From Vulcanimicrobiota bacterium (GTDB lineage: Bacteria > Vulcanimicrobiota > Vulcanimicrobiia > Vulcanimicrobiales > Vulcanimicrobiaceae), in the NCBI GenBank assembly GCA_963714015.1, contig OY970223.1:2304001-2368000 (forward strand): a stretch of DNA of 64,000 nt. The letters are read 5' to 3'. A program made the translations under genes and the position numbers. The notes beneath the pieces were generated by a model. That model did not search any database, was not told the DNA's origin, and saw nothing but the letters and a program-made list of their open reading frames with translations. Numbering within the stretch: position 1 is the stretch's first letter; the number at the start of each line of letters is the position of its first letter. Positions 22,289-33,565 of the stretch are shown here, in pieces.

Positions 22289-22714
22289 ATGCTCGCTTTC
22301 ACCGAACACCAGACCATCCGGACAGCCAAGCGTTACGAGATTTTGGATATCACCGGGATGGTGGAGGATTTTCTCGGGCGTTCCGGCCTCCGGGACGGTT
22401 TCATTCTGGTCTCGACGATGCACATAACCGCATCGATATTCGTCAACGATCGCGAATCCGGACTATGGCACGATATCATGACGTGGCTGGAAGGCCTCGC
22501 GCCACGCGGTGAGGATTACAAGCACCATCTTACCGGTGAAGACAACGCCGACGCTCACCTCAAACGCATGCTGCTCGGGCACCAAGTTCTGGTTCCGGTC
22601 ACGGATGGAGCCTTAGATCTCGGGACCTGGGAACGCGTTCACTACGGCGAGTTCGACGGTCAGCGGTCGAAGCGCATTTTATTCAAAGCGGTCGGTATCG
22701 GACGAGAAACATGA
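22289..22714 (+). CDS. YjbQ/UPF0047 family protein
   Basis: HITAS, HHLTGEDNADAHLK, LGTWERVHYGEFDG. Confidence 0.92.
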   Translation: MLAFTEHQTIRTAKRYEILDITGMVEDFLGRSGLRDGFILVSTMHITASIFVNDRESGLWHDIMTWLEGLAPRGEDYKHHLTGEDNADAHLKRMLLGHQVLVPVTDGALDLGTWERVHYGEFDGQRSKRILFKAVGIGRET

Positions 22715-22724
22715 CGCCATGACG

Positions 22725-24311
22725 TCAGGGTTTGATCGCTGCCGCTTTTACGCCCTCTGAGGCGTGAGCTTCGAATTTGCGGAAATTCTCGGCGAAAAGC
22801 GCGGCAAGCTTCTTGGCTTGTGCGTCATATGCTTTTCCGTCGAGCCACACGTTGCGCGGGTCGAGCACTTCGCCCGGCACGCCCGGAACTTGCAGCGGAA
22901 TGGAAAGTCCGAAGAACGGCTCCGTTTGAAATTCGACGCCCGCGAGCGCTCCTTCGATTGCGGCGTTCACCATTGCGCGCGTATATCCGATGGCCATGCG
23001 TTTACCGACGCCGTAGGGGCCGCCGCTCCAGCCGGTGTTGACCAGCCAGCACGCGACGTTGTGCTCGTCGATGCGCTTGCCTAGAAGCTTCGAGTAGACC
23101 GTGGGGTGGTGAACCATGAACGGCGCGCCAAAACACGTCGAAAACGTTGCTTGAGGCTCCGTAACGCCCCGTTCCGTCCCGGCCACTTTCGCCGTGTAGC
23201 CGGAGAGAAAGTGATACATCGCCTGCTCTTTGGTCAGCTTCGCAATCGGCGGCAGAACGCCGAAGGCGTCGGCGGTGAGCATGATAATCGTCTTCGCGTG
23301 ACCGCCTCGGCTGCCCGGGACGACGTTGGGAATGTACTCGATCGGATAGGCGGAGCGCGTATTCTCCGTGATCGAATCGGAATCCAAATTCAGCGCGCGC
23401 GTGCGCGGATCGTAGACGACGTTTTCCAGAACGCATCCGAAGCGATGCGATGCTGCCCAAATTTCCGGCTCCGCGTCCTTTGAGAGCCGGATGACCTTCG
23501 CGTAGCATCCGCCTTCGAAATTAAAGACGCCGTCGGCCGACCACCCATGTTCGTCGTCGCCGATCAGCGGCCGGTGAGAATCCGCGGAGAGCGTTGTTTT
23601 GCCGGTTCCGGAAAGACCGAAGAAGATCGCCACGTCTTGCTGCGCGCCGACGTTCGCGGAGCAGTGCATCGGCAGCGTGCTGCGCAGCGGCAGCAGATAA
23701 TTCATGATCGTGAAGACCGACTTCTTTATCTCACCGGCGTACCGCGTGCCCCCGATCAGAACGATTCGTTTTTCAAAGTTGACGAGCACGAACGTCGAGG
23801 AGTTCGTCCCGTCGCGCTCGGGGTCGGCTTGGAAGAGCGCCGCATCGACGACCGTAAATTCCGGTGCGAAGTCCGCCGGAGCATCCTCGGGAAGTATGAA
23901 CAAATCGCGCGCAAAAAGACTATGCCAGGCAAATTCCGTGACGACGCGGACCGCAAGCCGGTAGCGTTCGTCCGCGCCGACGTAGCAATCCAGCGAATAA
24001 AGTTCCCGTTCGGAAAGGTATGCGGTAACGCGGTCCCAGAGCGCGTCGAAGATCGCCGGTTCGATTGCGCGGTTCGTTTCGCCCCAATCGATGTGGCCTT
24101 CGCTCGAGGCTTCCTTGACGAAGAACTTGTCTTTAGGCGACCGGCCGGTGTGCGGACGTGTGTCCACGATCAGCTGACCGTCGTTGCCTAGGACGCCTTC
24201 CCCCCGGCGCAAGGCATGTTCGACGAGTTCGGGTGCCGAGAGGTTCTCGTACAGACACGCCGCTTTGATCTTTTGCGGTACCGTTAGAATCGTAAAATCT
24301 CCACAGGACAA
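22725..24311 (-). CDS. pckA: Phosphoenolpyruvate carboxykinase (ATP)
   Basis: [45 protein letters not shown]. Confidence 0.97.
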   Translation of the reverse strand: MSCGDFTILTVPQKIKAACLYENLSAPELVEHALRRGEGVLGNDGQLIVDTRPHTGRSPKDKFFVKEASSEGHIDWGETNRAIEPAIFDALWDRVTAYLSERELYSLDCYVGADERYRLAVRVVTEFAWHSLFARDLFILPEDAPADFAPEFTVVDAALFQADPERDGTNSSTFVLVNFEKRIVLIGGTRYAGEIKKSVFTIMNYLLPLRSTLPMHCSANVGAQQDVAIFFGLSGTGKTTLSADSHRPLIGDDEHGWSADGVFNFEGGCYAKVIRLSKDAEPEIWAASHRFGCVLENVVYDPRTRALNLDSDSITENTRSAYPIEYIPNVVPGSRGGHAKTIIMLTADAFGVLPPIAKLTKEQAMYHFLSGYTAKVAGTERGVTEPQATFSTCFGAPFMVHHPTVYSKLLGKRIDEHNVACWLVNTGWSGGPYGVGKRMAIGYTRAMVNAAIEGALAGVEFQTEPFFGLSIPLQVPGVPGEVLDPRNVWLDGKAYDAQAKKLAALFAENFRKFEAHASEGVKAAAIKP

Positions 24312-24386
24312 TTATAAAGTTGACTTAGGTGCGGCGGCAGAGCGAGCCTGCAGGGCCTCCGTAGCCGATAGTCCTAATCTGGCCCG

Positions 24387-25544
24387 ATGGGACGCGCCGT
24401 ACTTGCGATGCTCTGTCTATTGCTTGCGGCCGCAGCAGGTGCCTCGGCCGCGATCCCCTTCCGGTTCGGCTTTTACCCTGCCGGACCACTCGACGGAATC
24501 ACCGATGTTCCCGGTGTCCGCGTCGCCAATTTGACAAAGGTCGAAGGCGCTTCGATCCGAACCGGCGCGACCGCGATTCTTCCGAATGCCGATCCTTGGA
24601 ACCACAAGGTCGCTGCTGCGGCGGTGCCGTTCAACGGCAACGGCGAAATGACGGGATCGCATTGGGTCAACGAGGCGGGGTATCTGGAAACGCCGATCGT
24701 GCTTACCGACACGTTGGATATCGGAAGGGCGGACGACGGCGTCGTGAGTTGGATGATCCGGCAGCATCCGCAGATCGGCCGGACCGACGACGTCCCGCTT
24801 CCGGTAGTCGCCGAGTGCGACGATCAACTCTTGAACGACATACAAGCGCGAGCCGTTTCCGCCGCCGATATCGTAACGCTTTTGGACCAATCTCGTCCGG
24901 CGCAGTTTGCGCGCGGCAGCGTAGGCGCCGGCACGGGCATGAAAGCCTTCGGGTTCAAAGCCGGAATCGGTTCTGCATCGCGCGTGCTTCCCAAGAATTT
25001 GGGCGGCTACACGATCGGCGTATTGGTAAACGACAATACCGGTTCGACGCGCGAGCAGCTCACGATCGACGGCGTGCACGTCGGCGAACGTCTCAAGGAT
25101 CAGTACCGCATGCAATTCCCGAAACGCGTTTCGATGCACGGCCGCATGGCTTCCGGAAGCATTATCATCGTCATCGCGACGGACGCGCCGCTCGACTCCC
25201 GGCAATTGCGCGCTGTGGCGTATAGAGCCGGGCTGGGCATGGCTCGAACCGGACTGACCAGCGACATCGGAAGCGGCGATCTCTTTCTGGCATTCAGCAC
25301 CGGGTACGTTTTCAACCGCGCCGGCAACTTCGACATACGCGCACCGGCAAAGGCGATTACCGAGGATGAGGATACGCTCAACGCGATCTACCGCGCGACT
25401 GCAGAGGCGACGGAGGCCGCTATCTACGACGCCCTGTTCAACGCCAAGACGATGACCGGACAGGGAGGCGCGACGGTCTACGGGCTGCCGGTCGATCGCG
25501 TTTTGCCGATGCTGCGCACCGCCGGAATAAGCGGAGCGCAATGA
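24387..25544 (+). CDS. Secreted DmpA/P1-family (S58) aminopeptidase
   Basis: ITDVPGVRV, NGNGEMTG, PVVAECDD, GAGTGM, GSIIIVIATDAPL, SGD. Confidence 0.92.
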   Translation: MGRAVLAMLCLLLAAAAGASAAIPFRFGFYPAGPLDGITDVPGVRVANLTKVEGASIRTGATAILPNADPWNHKVAAAAVPFNGNGEMTGSHWVNEAGYLETPIVLTDTLDIGRADDGVVSWMIRQHPQIGRTDDVPLPVVAECDDQLLNDIQARAVSAADIVTLLDQSRPAQFARGSVGAGTGMKAFGFKAGIGSASRVLPKNLGGYTIGVLVNDNTGSTREQLTIDGVHVGERLKDQYRMQFPKRVSMHGRMASGSIIIVIATDAPLDSRQLRAVAYRAGLGMARTGLTSDIGSGDLFLAFSTGYVFNRAGNFDIRAPAKAITEDEDTLNAIYRATAEATEAAIYDALFNAKTMTGQGGATVYGLPVDRVLPMLRTAGISGAQ

Positions 25545-25558
25545 AGATATAGGTTCGA

Positions 25559-27203
25559 TTAACCGCGCAGCGCGAGAGCCGCGACGCGCAGCGCGTCGGC
25601 CGGCGCACGCGTAAATTCGAAGTCGCAGAGTGCGCGTCCAATCTCCGCCTGTACGCGGTTCGTAACGAACCACGGCGGCTTGGGAAGCAGCGAAAACTCT
25701 CCGGTGCGCAGACTTCGCGGGAACGGCGCGAACGGAGCGCGCACGACGGTTTTTTCAGTTTTTTCAAGCAAGTACGCGTTGTGCACGACGCCGATGCCGC
25801 TTTGTATGTCGCCGAGTGTGTGTCCGGGATAAGCGCCCCACGGCGCCTCGGTAATGAAGTAGCCGACACCGGTCCAAGCGTTGACGCCGATGCACCCATA
25901 CCGTAACGCCGCGACAGCGGCATCGATCTCCCTCGGGTAGCCGCGAAGCGTCGCCGGATCCGCGATAATGTTTGCGCCGAGCGTGCCGCGAAGAACGTCG
26001 TTTGAAAAGCCCACCGCTCGTGACAGAAACTCCGAAAGATCGCCGTCGAGCTCGAACGCAGGCGAGCACGCCGCAGAATGCCTCCGTCGAAAACGCCGGA
26101 TTGGTGACGTCCGACGCATCGACCTGGACAATCGGGCGCAGGGGCGAGGCCGCCCCCGCAATCGCAATACGGCGTTCGGCGGAGCCGGGATAATACTCCG
26201 GCCGCGGTTCCATGCGCGCGAACACCTGCGCGATCGCATCCAGCAGCGGTTCGCTCTGCTTCCAGCGCTTGGGCAAGATGAGCGTTTGCGCGGCAATGCA
26301 GTTGAACCCGGCGTTGTGCGCTTTCTGCGTTGCGACGTTTTCGGCTTGAAAGCGAATGTCGGCGTCACTCCAATCGCCCGGCACGACAATCGTTGGGCTG
26401 ACATTCCCCAGTTCGCTGGTGATTGGTTTTGCCGAGCCTACGCTCGCGGCGATGCGATCGTGCGTAGTCTCGCTGCCGGTGATGTGAATCTCGTCAACCG
26501 CCGCATGGCTGCACAAATACGCTCCTGCCGCGGCGTCTCCGTACGCGAAGCGCAAAAAGCCGTCATCGGCGAACGTCCGGAATGCGCGCTCCAAGATCGG
26601 TCCCAGGTACGCATTGACCGGGTTCATTTTGAGCATGCAAACGGCGCCGCCGGCGATGAGCTTGTAGAGTACGTCCAGCGGTGCAATGCTCGCGATGTTC
26701 CCCGCTCCCAATACCAGGGCGACGCGTCCCTCGGGCTGCGCCCGGCGGTAAAACGCCCCTGCTTGCGCCTGCGCGAGCTCCGCTGTAACGCCGGGCTGCA
26801 TCCAAACATCGGCCGTTATCCCACTGAGCAATAACCGATCGTACGCGTCGTGCGGAAAGACGCGCACGATGGTTCGGCCGCCGGCGCCGGCGCGCACCGC
26901 CGGCAACTGTGGTTCGCCCGCGACGTCAATCCAGCGGAGCGTGCGACGGTAGCGGTTCAACGCGTACAGCACGGCCCACGGCCCCGATATCCACTCCTCG
27001 CCCGCCGCCGCCGAATTGGGCAGCAGCCCCTTTGCATTGCAAGCCGAGTTCACCCAATCAGCTGCAAGTGCGTGGACGTTGCGCCGCACGTCGTCCAGCA
27101 TCGCGATCTTGCGGCCAATCGCGAGCCGCGCCCATGCGGTCTTTGCCGCCGTCAGCGTTTCGAGATCGCGATCCAACGATTCATACGCGCGCGCGGACTG
27201 CAT
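25559..27203 (-). CDS. Aldehyde dehydrogenase family protein, frameshift near 26055
   Basis: LGAGN, HITGS, SELGNVSP, NAGFNC, EAFCG; second frame ELDGD...LRYG...PWGAYPG...IQSGIG. Confidence 0.88.
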
Positions 27204-27267
27204 GAAAGGCGCTTCTAATGCAACCGGCGCTCCCCTGGCAGGGTACTATCACGGTAGGAGGTCCGGC

Positions 27268-27492
27268 ATGAAACGAAAACGGCGCAAGCCCAAACTCGTG
27301 CCGCGCCTGGGGCCGGCGCAAAATTTACGGCCCGCGGGTGCCCACGAGTCAAGGAAACTCTACAACCGCAAACGACGGCATAAAGCCGCCCTCGAAGACT
27401 ACGTCGAGGACGGCTTTATCGTTTGTTGCGCGGGTCTTCTGCGGGCTAGCAGCGTCAGCAGCGCGAGCACTACGGCGGCCGCGATCATATAG
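27268..27492 (+). CDS. Small basic protein, candidate ArfA/BrfA-like ribosome rescue factor
   Basis: TACTAT (-10) at 27244, AGGAGG SD, Lys/Arg-rich N-terminal half, internal hairpin. Confidence 0.65.
   Translation: MKRKRRKPKLVPRLGPAQNLRPAGAHESRKLYNRKRRHKAALEDYVEDGFIVCCAGLLRASSVSSASTTAAAII
27380..27427 (+). terminator. Terminator-like hairpin inside the small basic ORF
   Basis: ATAAAGCCG-c-CCTCGA, 8-nt loop, TCGAGG-a-CGGCTTTAT, followed by CGTTTGTT. Confidence 0.65.
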
Positions 27493-27917
27493 ACTCGAAT
27501 CGATCCGAACGTGAAGATGCCTGGGCCTATCACCCGGTCCAGCGTGAAGCGCCCCATGCCGCCGAAATCGAGGGCCAGCGCGCCTCCGATCACCATTGCG
27601 GGGAGTTCCCAGCCGCCGTTGCTGCTGAAGAAGCCCTTGTTCAAGTGAACGGTAATGATCGCGACGAGCATCACCAGGATCACCAGGGCCGGTCCCAGCC
27701 CTCCCAGCAGCCCGAGCGCCAGCAAGAGACCGCCGATGAACTCGCCCAAACCTGCGGCGACCGCAAATACGACCCCCGGGTAGAATCCCAGGCTTTCCAT
27801 GAATTTGCCGGTGCCGGAGGGGCCGTAACCTCCGAACCACCCAAAGAGTTTCTGCGCGCCGTGTGCAGCGACGCCCAGGCCGATTATCAGACGTGCAATG
27901 AGGACTGCAGCACTCAT
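27399..27917 (-). CDS. DoxX family membrane protein
   Basis: RLIIG...HGAQKLFGWFGG, GEFIGGLLLALG, GWE. Confidence 0.93.
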   Translation of the reverse strand: MSAAVLIARLIIGLGVAAHGAQKLFGWFGGYGPSGTGKFMESLGFYPGVVFAVAAGLGEFIGGLLLALGLLGGLGPALVILVMLVAIITVHLNKGFFSSNGGWELPAMVIGGALALDFGGMGRFTLDRVIGPGIFTFGSIRVYMIAAAVVLALLTLLARRRPAQQTIKPSST

Positions 27918-28040
27918 TTGACTCGCTCCCTCTGTTGCCTACGAAAAGTAGCCTGTGTTACTATACGACTTAAGCGAGCTCGCGGTGTGGGCCAAAGGTT
28001 GGGCGGGTATAAGCCAATCCGTCCCGCTAAGGAGCTGCAA

Positions 28041-28262
28041 GTGAGCCGATTCCCCGCCGAGCTCGTCGTAACTTTGACCGACGGCCGTTGCATGACCGAG
28101 TACTTCAACCAAGCCGAGATGGCGCAATTCACGCGAAAGAACATGTTGGATCGGCTGCGGCGCGGTGAACCGCTCGTGGTTTTCGACGGAGAGGCCGTAG
28201 AGCTTCCGGCATCGCGCGTGGCGTCCGTCCAGGTGATCGTCCAAGACCTGCTTACCGTATAA
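28041..28262 (+). CDS. 73-aa hypothetical protein
   Basis: AAGGAG SD before GTG; protein-like composition; fills the gap. Confidence 0.6.
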   Translation: MSRFPAELVVTLTDGRCMTEYFNQAEMAQFTRKNMLDRLRRGEPLVVFDGEAVELPASRVASVQVIVQDLLTV

Positions 28263-28307
28263 CGCGAGCGCCGGGAGCTGCCGGACGCGCCCGGAAACCT
28301 TCGTGGT

Positions 28308-29853
28308 ATGCGGTGCGCTCTCGCTGTGCTTTGCGCGCTTTTGGCGGCGTGTTCCGGTAAACTTTATGGACCGTCGAGCGGATCGGCGCACGTGCTGCGC
28401 ATTGCGGATCTCTCCGATCCTTCGTCGCTGAATCCGCTGCTGGCGCACGATCAAGCGACGATCGGCTACGACCTGCTCTTCTGTCAGACGCTGGTCGGAT
28501 TGGACGCGCAAAACCAGCTGACGCCCGTCCTCATTACGGAGATTCCCACGCAGCGCAACGGCGGCATTTCGGCGGACGGTAAGCGGATTGTGTACCATCT
28601 GCGCCGCGGCGTGCGCTTTGCCGACGGCATCGAACTCACGTCGGCGGACGTCGCGTTCACCTATCGAGCTATCCTCGATTCACGCAATCCGGTTCTCTCC
28701 CAGGACGCGTACCGGCGAATCGCTTCACTGCAGACGCCGGATCGATATACGGTCGTCCTGCGGCTCAAACACCGCTGGAACGCGGCCGTGAGCGAGCTCT
28801 TCGCGCAGTCCGATTTCGCGTTCGGCATTTTGCCCGCGCATGCGTTCAAAGACACCGAATTGCTGCAGGCGAGCTGGGAGAATCACGCGTTCGGAAGCGG
28901 ACCGTTCCGCGTCGTGCAGTGGCGGCGTGGGGATCGCATCATCCTGGAACCCAATCGCTACTATTCGCCGGCGCCTAAACTGAAGCGGATAGTTCTGCAG
29001 ATGATTCCGGACGTGAATGCCGGACTCGTTGCCCTTCAGGCGCATGATGTGGACGTCGCGCCGGTTTACCCGGACCAGCTGAACGTTGCATCGCACGCGC
29101 CGGGCGTAAAGATCTTACGCACGCCTGAAAATGCCACTGTCTGGCTCACCATGCAGACTTTCAGCGCCGCCCGCGAATGACATCACGGTCCGACGCGCAA
29201 TTTCCGCCGCAATCGATCTGCGCACGATTCACGACCTGTTCCACGGAGTCTACCCGCCCGCCGGCTCTTTTCTGCCGCCCGTCATGCAGCCTTGGTACGA
29301 CTCGCGGATACGCCCGTACCGCTTCGATCCCGAGCAAGCGCGATCGTTGCTCCATGGGAGAACGGTGAACGCGCTACTGGTTATCGCAAACAACGGCGTC
29401 GACATCAGAACGGCGACCATCATTCAAGCCCAACTCGCCCGCGCCGGAATCCATGCTTCGGTCAAGCAGTTTCCGACGACCTTGTATAATGCGCCGGACG
29501 GTCCCGTTCGCAACGCGCGCTTTACGCTAACTATCGACGGCTGGCTGGGCGGCGCCGATCCCGAGCAATCGATTATCTTTCTTTGCTCGCAGGCGAATGT
29601 GGACGGCGACAATACCGGACGATATTGCGATCCGCGCTTTGAGGCGCTCTTTGCGGATCAGCAGTCGACGGCGTCGAGCTCGCGGCGGCTTGCAGATTTT
29701 CGGCAGATGCAGCAGCGGATCCACGAGCGGCTGCCGGTTCTTCCGCTGTACTACGAAATTTATTTCGACGGCATGCGTGAAGACGTTCGGGGATTCGCAC
29801 GCAACATGCTGCGTTATCCCGTGGCGCCCGAAACGTGGGACGCCGGGCCCTAA
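28308..29853 (+). CDS. Peptide ABC transporter substrate-binding lipoprotein (family 5), frameshift near 29160
   Basis: Lipobox LAAC, SLNPL, LRRGVRFADG, GSGPF; second frame VRRAISAAID...LPLYY. Confidence 0.9.
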
Positions 29854-29867
29854 CCAGACTGGAAAAA

Positions 29868-30818
29868 TTAAGCGATAAGGTCGCGTTCCACCATTACGGT
29901 GCGGGGGTCGATGAGGTGCTTGTTCAGCCCGAGTTTCTCCGCCGGCACGCCCAATGCCAAAGCGACGAGTTGCGGCAGATGGAACGTCGGCAGATCCGTG
30001 CGTCCCCAGCGTGCGGCGGCGTCCTGCTGGTAGCCGTCCAATGCAAGGTGACACAGGGGACACGGCGTGATCACCGCTTCGGCGCCCTTGTCCTTGGCCA
30101 TGCGCATGTTCTGGCCGACCATTGAGGTCGCGACGCCCTCTTTCTCGAGTTGAATGTGGAAGCCGCAGCAGCGTGTCTTCCCGGCGTAATCGACCGGCTC
30201 ACCGCCCAGTGCGGAAATGAGGTCCTCGAGCGAGTGGGGGTTGCGCGCGGATTCCCAGCCGTTGACCTTTTCGGGCCGGATGATGTGGCAGCCGTAAAAC
30301 GGCGCGACGCGCAAGCCGTTCAGCGGGCGCACGACCATCGAGCGCAGGTTGTCCAAGCCGATGTCGTCGATGAGCATCCACAGCAAATGACGCACGATGA
30401 CGCTGCCGCCGTACTTTGCGCCGAACTTGCCGAGGATCGCGTTGGCCTGCGTCATGCGCTCTTCGCTTTCCAGCAGCTCTTTGTTCGCCAGGCGCATGTG
30501 GCCGGTACAGGTCGAGCAAATGGTGATGACGTCGTCCAAACCGAGGGCCTCGGCTTGCGCGTAGGTTCGCGCATTGAGCACTCGTCCGATATCGCGGTTG
30601 GTATCGTTGACAACCGACGCGCCGCAGCACGAGGCCGCGGTAAGTTCGATCAGCTCGATTCCCAGTTTGTCGGCCAGCAGCATCGTCGAATTGAAGAGCT
30701 CTTTGCAGCTCTCCTTCGCGACGCAGCCGGGGAAGAAGCCGTAGCGTTTCGTTTCAGCGCTGTGCGAGCGTTTGTGCGCATCGAGCGGCTGCTCTTCAGG
30801 AAGTAACGTTGCAGTCAT
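29868..30818 (-). CDS. HdrB-like CCG-domain subunit of the succinate dehydrogenase/fumarate reductase
   Basis: FFPGC...SCCG...CSTC and FYGC...RCCG...CPLC. Confidence 0.92.
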   Translation of the reverse strand: MTATLLPEEQPLDAHKRSHSAETKRYGFFPGCVAKESCKELFNSTMLLADKLGIELIELTAASCCGASVVNDTNRDIGRVLNARTYAQAEALGLDDVITICSTCTGHMRLANKELLESEERMTQANAILGKFGAKYGGSVIVRHLLWMLIDDIGLDNLRSMVVRPLNGLRVAPFYGCHIIRPEKVNGWESARNPHSLEDLISALGGEPVDYAGKTRCCGFHIQLEKEGVATSMVGQNMRMAKDKGAEAVITPCPLCHLALDGYQQDAAARWGRTDLPTFHLPQLVALALGVPAEKLGLNKHLIDPRTVMVERDLIA

Positions 30819-30819
30819 G

Positions 30820-31779
30820 TCAGTCTACCGGAACCTCCAACGCGTCGAATATGGTGCGCACTTCGTCGATCTTGGGAATGGGTTTGAGGAACGGGGGCGG
30901 CAGTTTGCCCTTGACCGCCATGCGCAGGCCGAGCGGTGCGACGCTCAGCAGACCGCGAAAGTTGAAACGGCCGACCGTTCCTTGTATGACTTCCGTCTCC
31001 GCCAGCATGCCGGTCTTCTTGATCGTCTTGTTCACGATCATGGCGTGCCGCGGTCCGCGCTCGTCCATCATGACGCGAGCTTGGACCGTCGCCCGCTTCA
31101 CGTCGATGATCCGGTCGTTCGGATCGACGTGCTTGGGGCAGTACGAACACGCGTAGCAGTGCGCGCACAGCCAGAGATAATCTTCGTTGATTTGTGCCAG
31201 GCGCTCTTCGCGTTTGGCGTCGCGCACGTCTTCGATGAACCGGTACGCGTAAGCGATCGCCGCAGGACCCGCAAATGACGGATCGACGCTGACTACAGGG
31301 CAGAGCGCATAGCACGTCGCGCACATGACGCAATTTGCCACGTCGACGAGCTTCTTCATGTCTTCCGGGCTCACGCGGCGTTCGCGCGGATGGTCCTCGT
31401 CGCGATCTTTCGGCTGCAGATAGGGCTTGAGGCGCGTGTACTTGTCCCAGAACGGATCCATGTGCACGACGAGGTCGCGCATCGGCTGAAAATTGGGCAT
31501 CGGATCGATTTTGATCGCACCGTCGGCGTTCATCACCGTGTTGCAAGGGGTTTTGCACGCCAGGCCCGTGACGCCGTTGATGTTCATCGAACAAGATCCG
31601 CAGATCGCCGACCGGCAGGAGCGCCGGAAGCTGATCGATCCGTCCACCTCCGCTTTGGCCGCTTCGAGCGCGTCCAGCACGGTAGTGGTCTCGGGCACAT
31701 CGACGGTGACGAGGTCGCGGTGCGGAACCGCGTCGACCGCCTCGTCGAACCGGAAGATGTCTAATTTGATTTCAGCCAT
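30820..31779 (-). CDS. sdhB: Succinate dehydrogenase/fumarate reductase Fe-S subunit
   Basis: SCRSAICGSCSM, CVMCATCYALCP, CAHCYACSYCP. Confidence 0.93.
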   Translation of the reverse strand: MAEIKLDIFRFDEAVDAVPHRDLVTVDVPETTTVLDALEAAKAEVDGSISFRRSCRSAICGSCSMNINGVTGLACKTPCNTVMNADGAIKIDPMPNFQPMRDLVVHMDPFWDKYTRLKPYLQPKDRDEDHPRERRVSPEDMKKLVDVANCVMCATCYALCPVVSVDPSFAGPAAIAYAYRFIEDVRDAKREERLAQINEDYLWLCAHCYACSYCPKHVDPNDRIIDVKRATVQARVMMDERGPRHAMIVNKTIKKTGMLAETEVIQGTVGRFNFRGLLSVAPLGLRMAVKGKLPPPFLKPIPKIDEVRTIFDALEVPVD

Positions 31780-31782
31780 TAT

Positions 31783-33468
31783 CTAGTAAGTCCGGACCTC
31801 CGGTTGCCACTTGGTGATGGTGACTTTGCGTGAATAATCCAGACGGGGATTGTTCCCGTCCTGACGCCAAGCCAACGTGTGTAGGAGCCAATTGCGGTCG
31901 TCGCGCTCCGGGTAATCCGTGCGAGCCTGCGCTCCGCGGGACTCTTTACGGGCCAGCGCACCGCTCGCCACGCACATCGCGGCGTCGATCAGATAGTCCG
32001 TCTCCATCGTGTTGACGAGATCCGTGTTGAACGTCTTGGATTTATCCATGACGTAGACTTCCTCGTCGAAGCGCTTGCGGATCTCAAGCAATTGATCGAC
32101 AGCCTTCTGCAATTGCTCTTCGTTGCGGAAGATGAAGACGTTCTCGCTCATCACTCGGTTCATCGCCGCGCGGAGCTGCGGAGCACGCGTTCCACCGGTC
32201 TTGGAAAGCCATCCGCCCAGACGGTCTTGCTCGTGTTTGAGTGCGCGATCCGAGGAGCGAACCTCACCGATCGACTTGACGTACTCGCAGGCGTGTTTGG
32301 CCGACCGCGCTCCGAAGACGATCGTTTCGAGCAGCGAGTTTCCGCCCAAGCGGTTTGCGCCGTGCACGCTGGGAGTGGCACACTCGCCGGCGGCGTAGAC
32401 ACCCGGCACGCGCGTGCATCCGTCGATGTTGGTTTCGATTCCGCCCATCGTGTAGTGCATTCCCGGCAGAATCGGAATTGGGTCGTTGATTGCGTCTTTG
32501 CCCGTCGCGTCGAGCGCGAGCTCGCGAATTTGCGGCAAGCGCTCGAGAATTTTTTCGCGGCCCAGGTGCCGCAGATCGAGGAAGACGCAGCCTTCGACGC
32601 CGCGTCCTTCGAGAATCTCGGTCCACTCGGCGCGCGAAACGACGTCGCGCGAGGCCAGTTCGCCCTTGTTGGGAGCGTACTTGAACATGAAACGCTCGCC
32701 GGTCGAATTGAGCAGATACGCGCCCTCGCCGCGCGCAGCTTCGGAGAGCAGGACGCCGTTTTCTTTGAGCGAGGTCGGATGGAATTGGACGAACTCCATG
32801 TCCATGATCGGAATGCCGGCCCGGAACGCAATTCCTAAACCGTCGGCGGTCGATGCGTAGCCGTTCGTCGTCTTTGCATACATGCGGCCCGCGCCGCCGG
32901 TCGCAAAGATCGTAGCCTTGGCGTGAATCTGCTCGAGATCGCCGTTGCGCATGTTATATGCGATCACGCCGGTTCCGACACCGTCGTCGACGCAAAGCGC
33001 CGTACAGAAGTACTCTTCGTAAACCCGGACGTTGAAACGCTCCAGTTGCTCCCAGAGCGTGTGCAGAATCACTAGGCCCGTGACGTCGGCGGAATAGCAG
33101 GTTCGCGGCGAACCGGCGCCGCCGAACGGGCGCTGGGCAATACGGCCGTCGGGCAGGCGCGAGAAGATGCAGCCGCGGTGTTCGAGCCAGATGATTTGCC
33201 CCGGAGCGTCCGAGCACATCGCCTCGATGCAGTCCTGGTCGCCCAGATAATCCGAGCCCTTGGCCGTGTCGAAGGCGTGGTTTTCCGGCGAGTCGTCCTC
33301 GCGGTTACCCAGGGCAGCGTTGATGCCGCCTTGCGCCGCGCCGGAGTGGCTGCGAACGGGGTGCATCTTGCTGACGATGGCCACGTCGGCCCCGCGCTCG
33401 GCCGCTTCGACAGCGGCGCGCATGCCGGCTAGGCCGCCACCAATGACGACGACGTCGTGCTTGATCAC
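31783..33468 (-). CDS. sdhA: Succinate dehydrogenase/fumarate reductase flavoprotein
   Basis: [38 protein letters not shown]. Confidence 0.95.
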   Translation of the reverse strand: MIKHDVVVIGGGLAGMRAAVEAAERGADVAIVSKMHPVRSHSGAAQGGINAALGNREDDSPENHAFDTAKGSDYLGDQDCIEAMCSDAPGQIIWLEHRGCIFSRLPDGRIAQRPFGGAGSPRTCYSADVTGLVILHTLWEQLERFNVRVYEEYFCTALCVDDGVGTGVIAYNMRNGDLEQIHAKATIFATGGAGRMYAKTTNGYASTADGLGIAFRAGIPIMDMEFVQFHPTSLKENGVLLSEAARGEGAYLLNSTGERFMFKYAPNKGELASRDVVSRAEWTEILEGRGVEGCVFLDLRHLGREKILERLPQIRELALDATGKDAINDPIPILPGMHYTMGGIETNIDGCTRVPGVYAAGECATPSVHGANRLGGNSLLETIVFGARSAKHACEYVKSIGEVRSSDRALKHEQDRLGGWLSKTGGTRAPQLRAAMNRVMSENVFIFRNEEQLQKAVDQLLEIRKRFDEEVYVMDKSKTFNTDLVNTMETDYLIDAAMCVASGALARKESRGAQARTDYPERDDRNWLLHTLAWRQDGNNPRLDYSRKVTITKWQPEVRTY

Positions 33469-33565
33469 GTGGACCTTTCCCGGGATTGGAGAAGCTTTGC
33501 TTCTTTATACTACTCCGGGGAGAGCGTTCCCACGACTATAGTAAGAGACGAGTCCGAGGCTGCCG

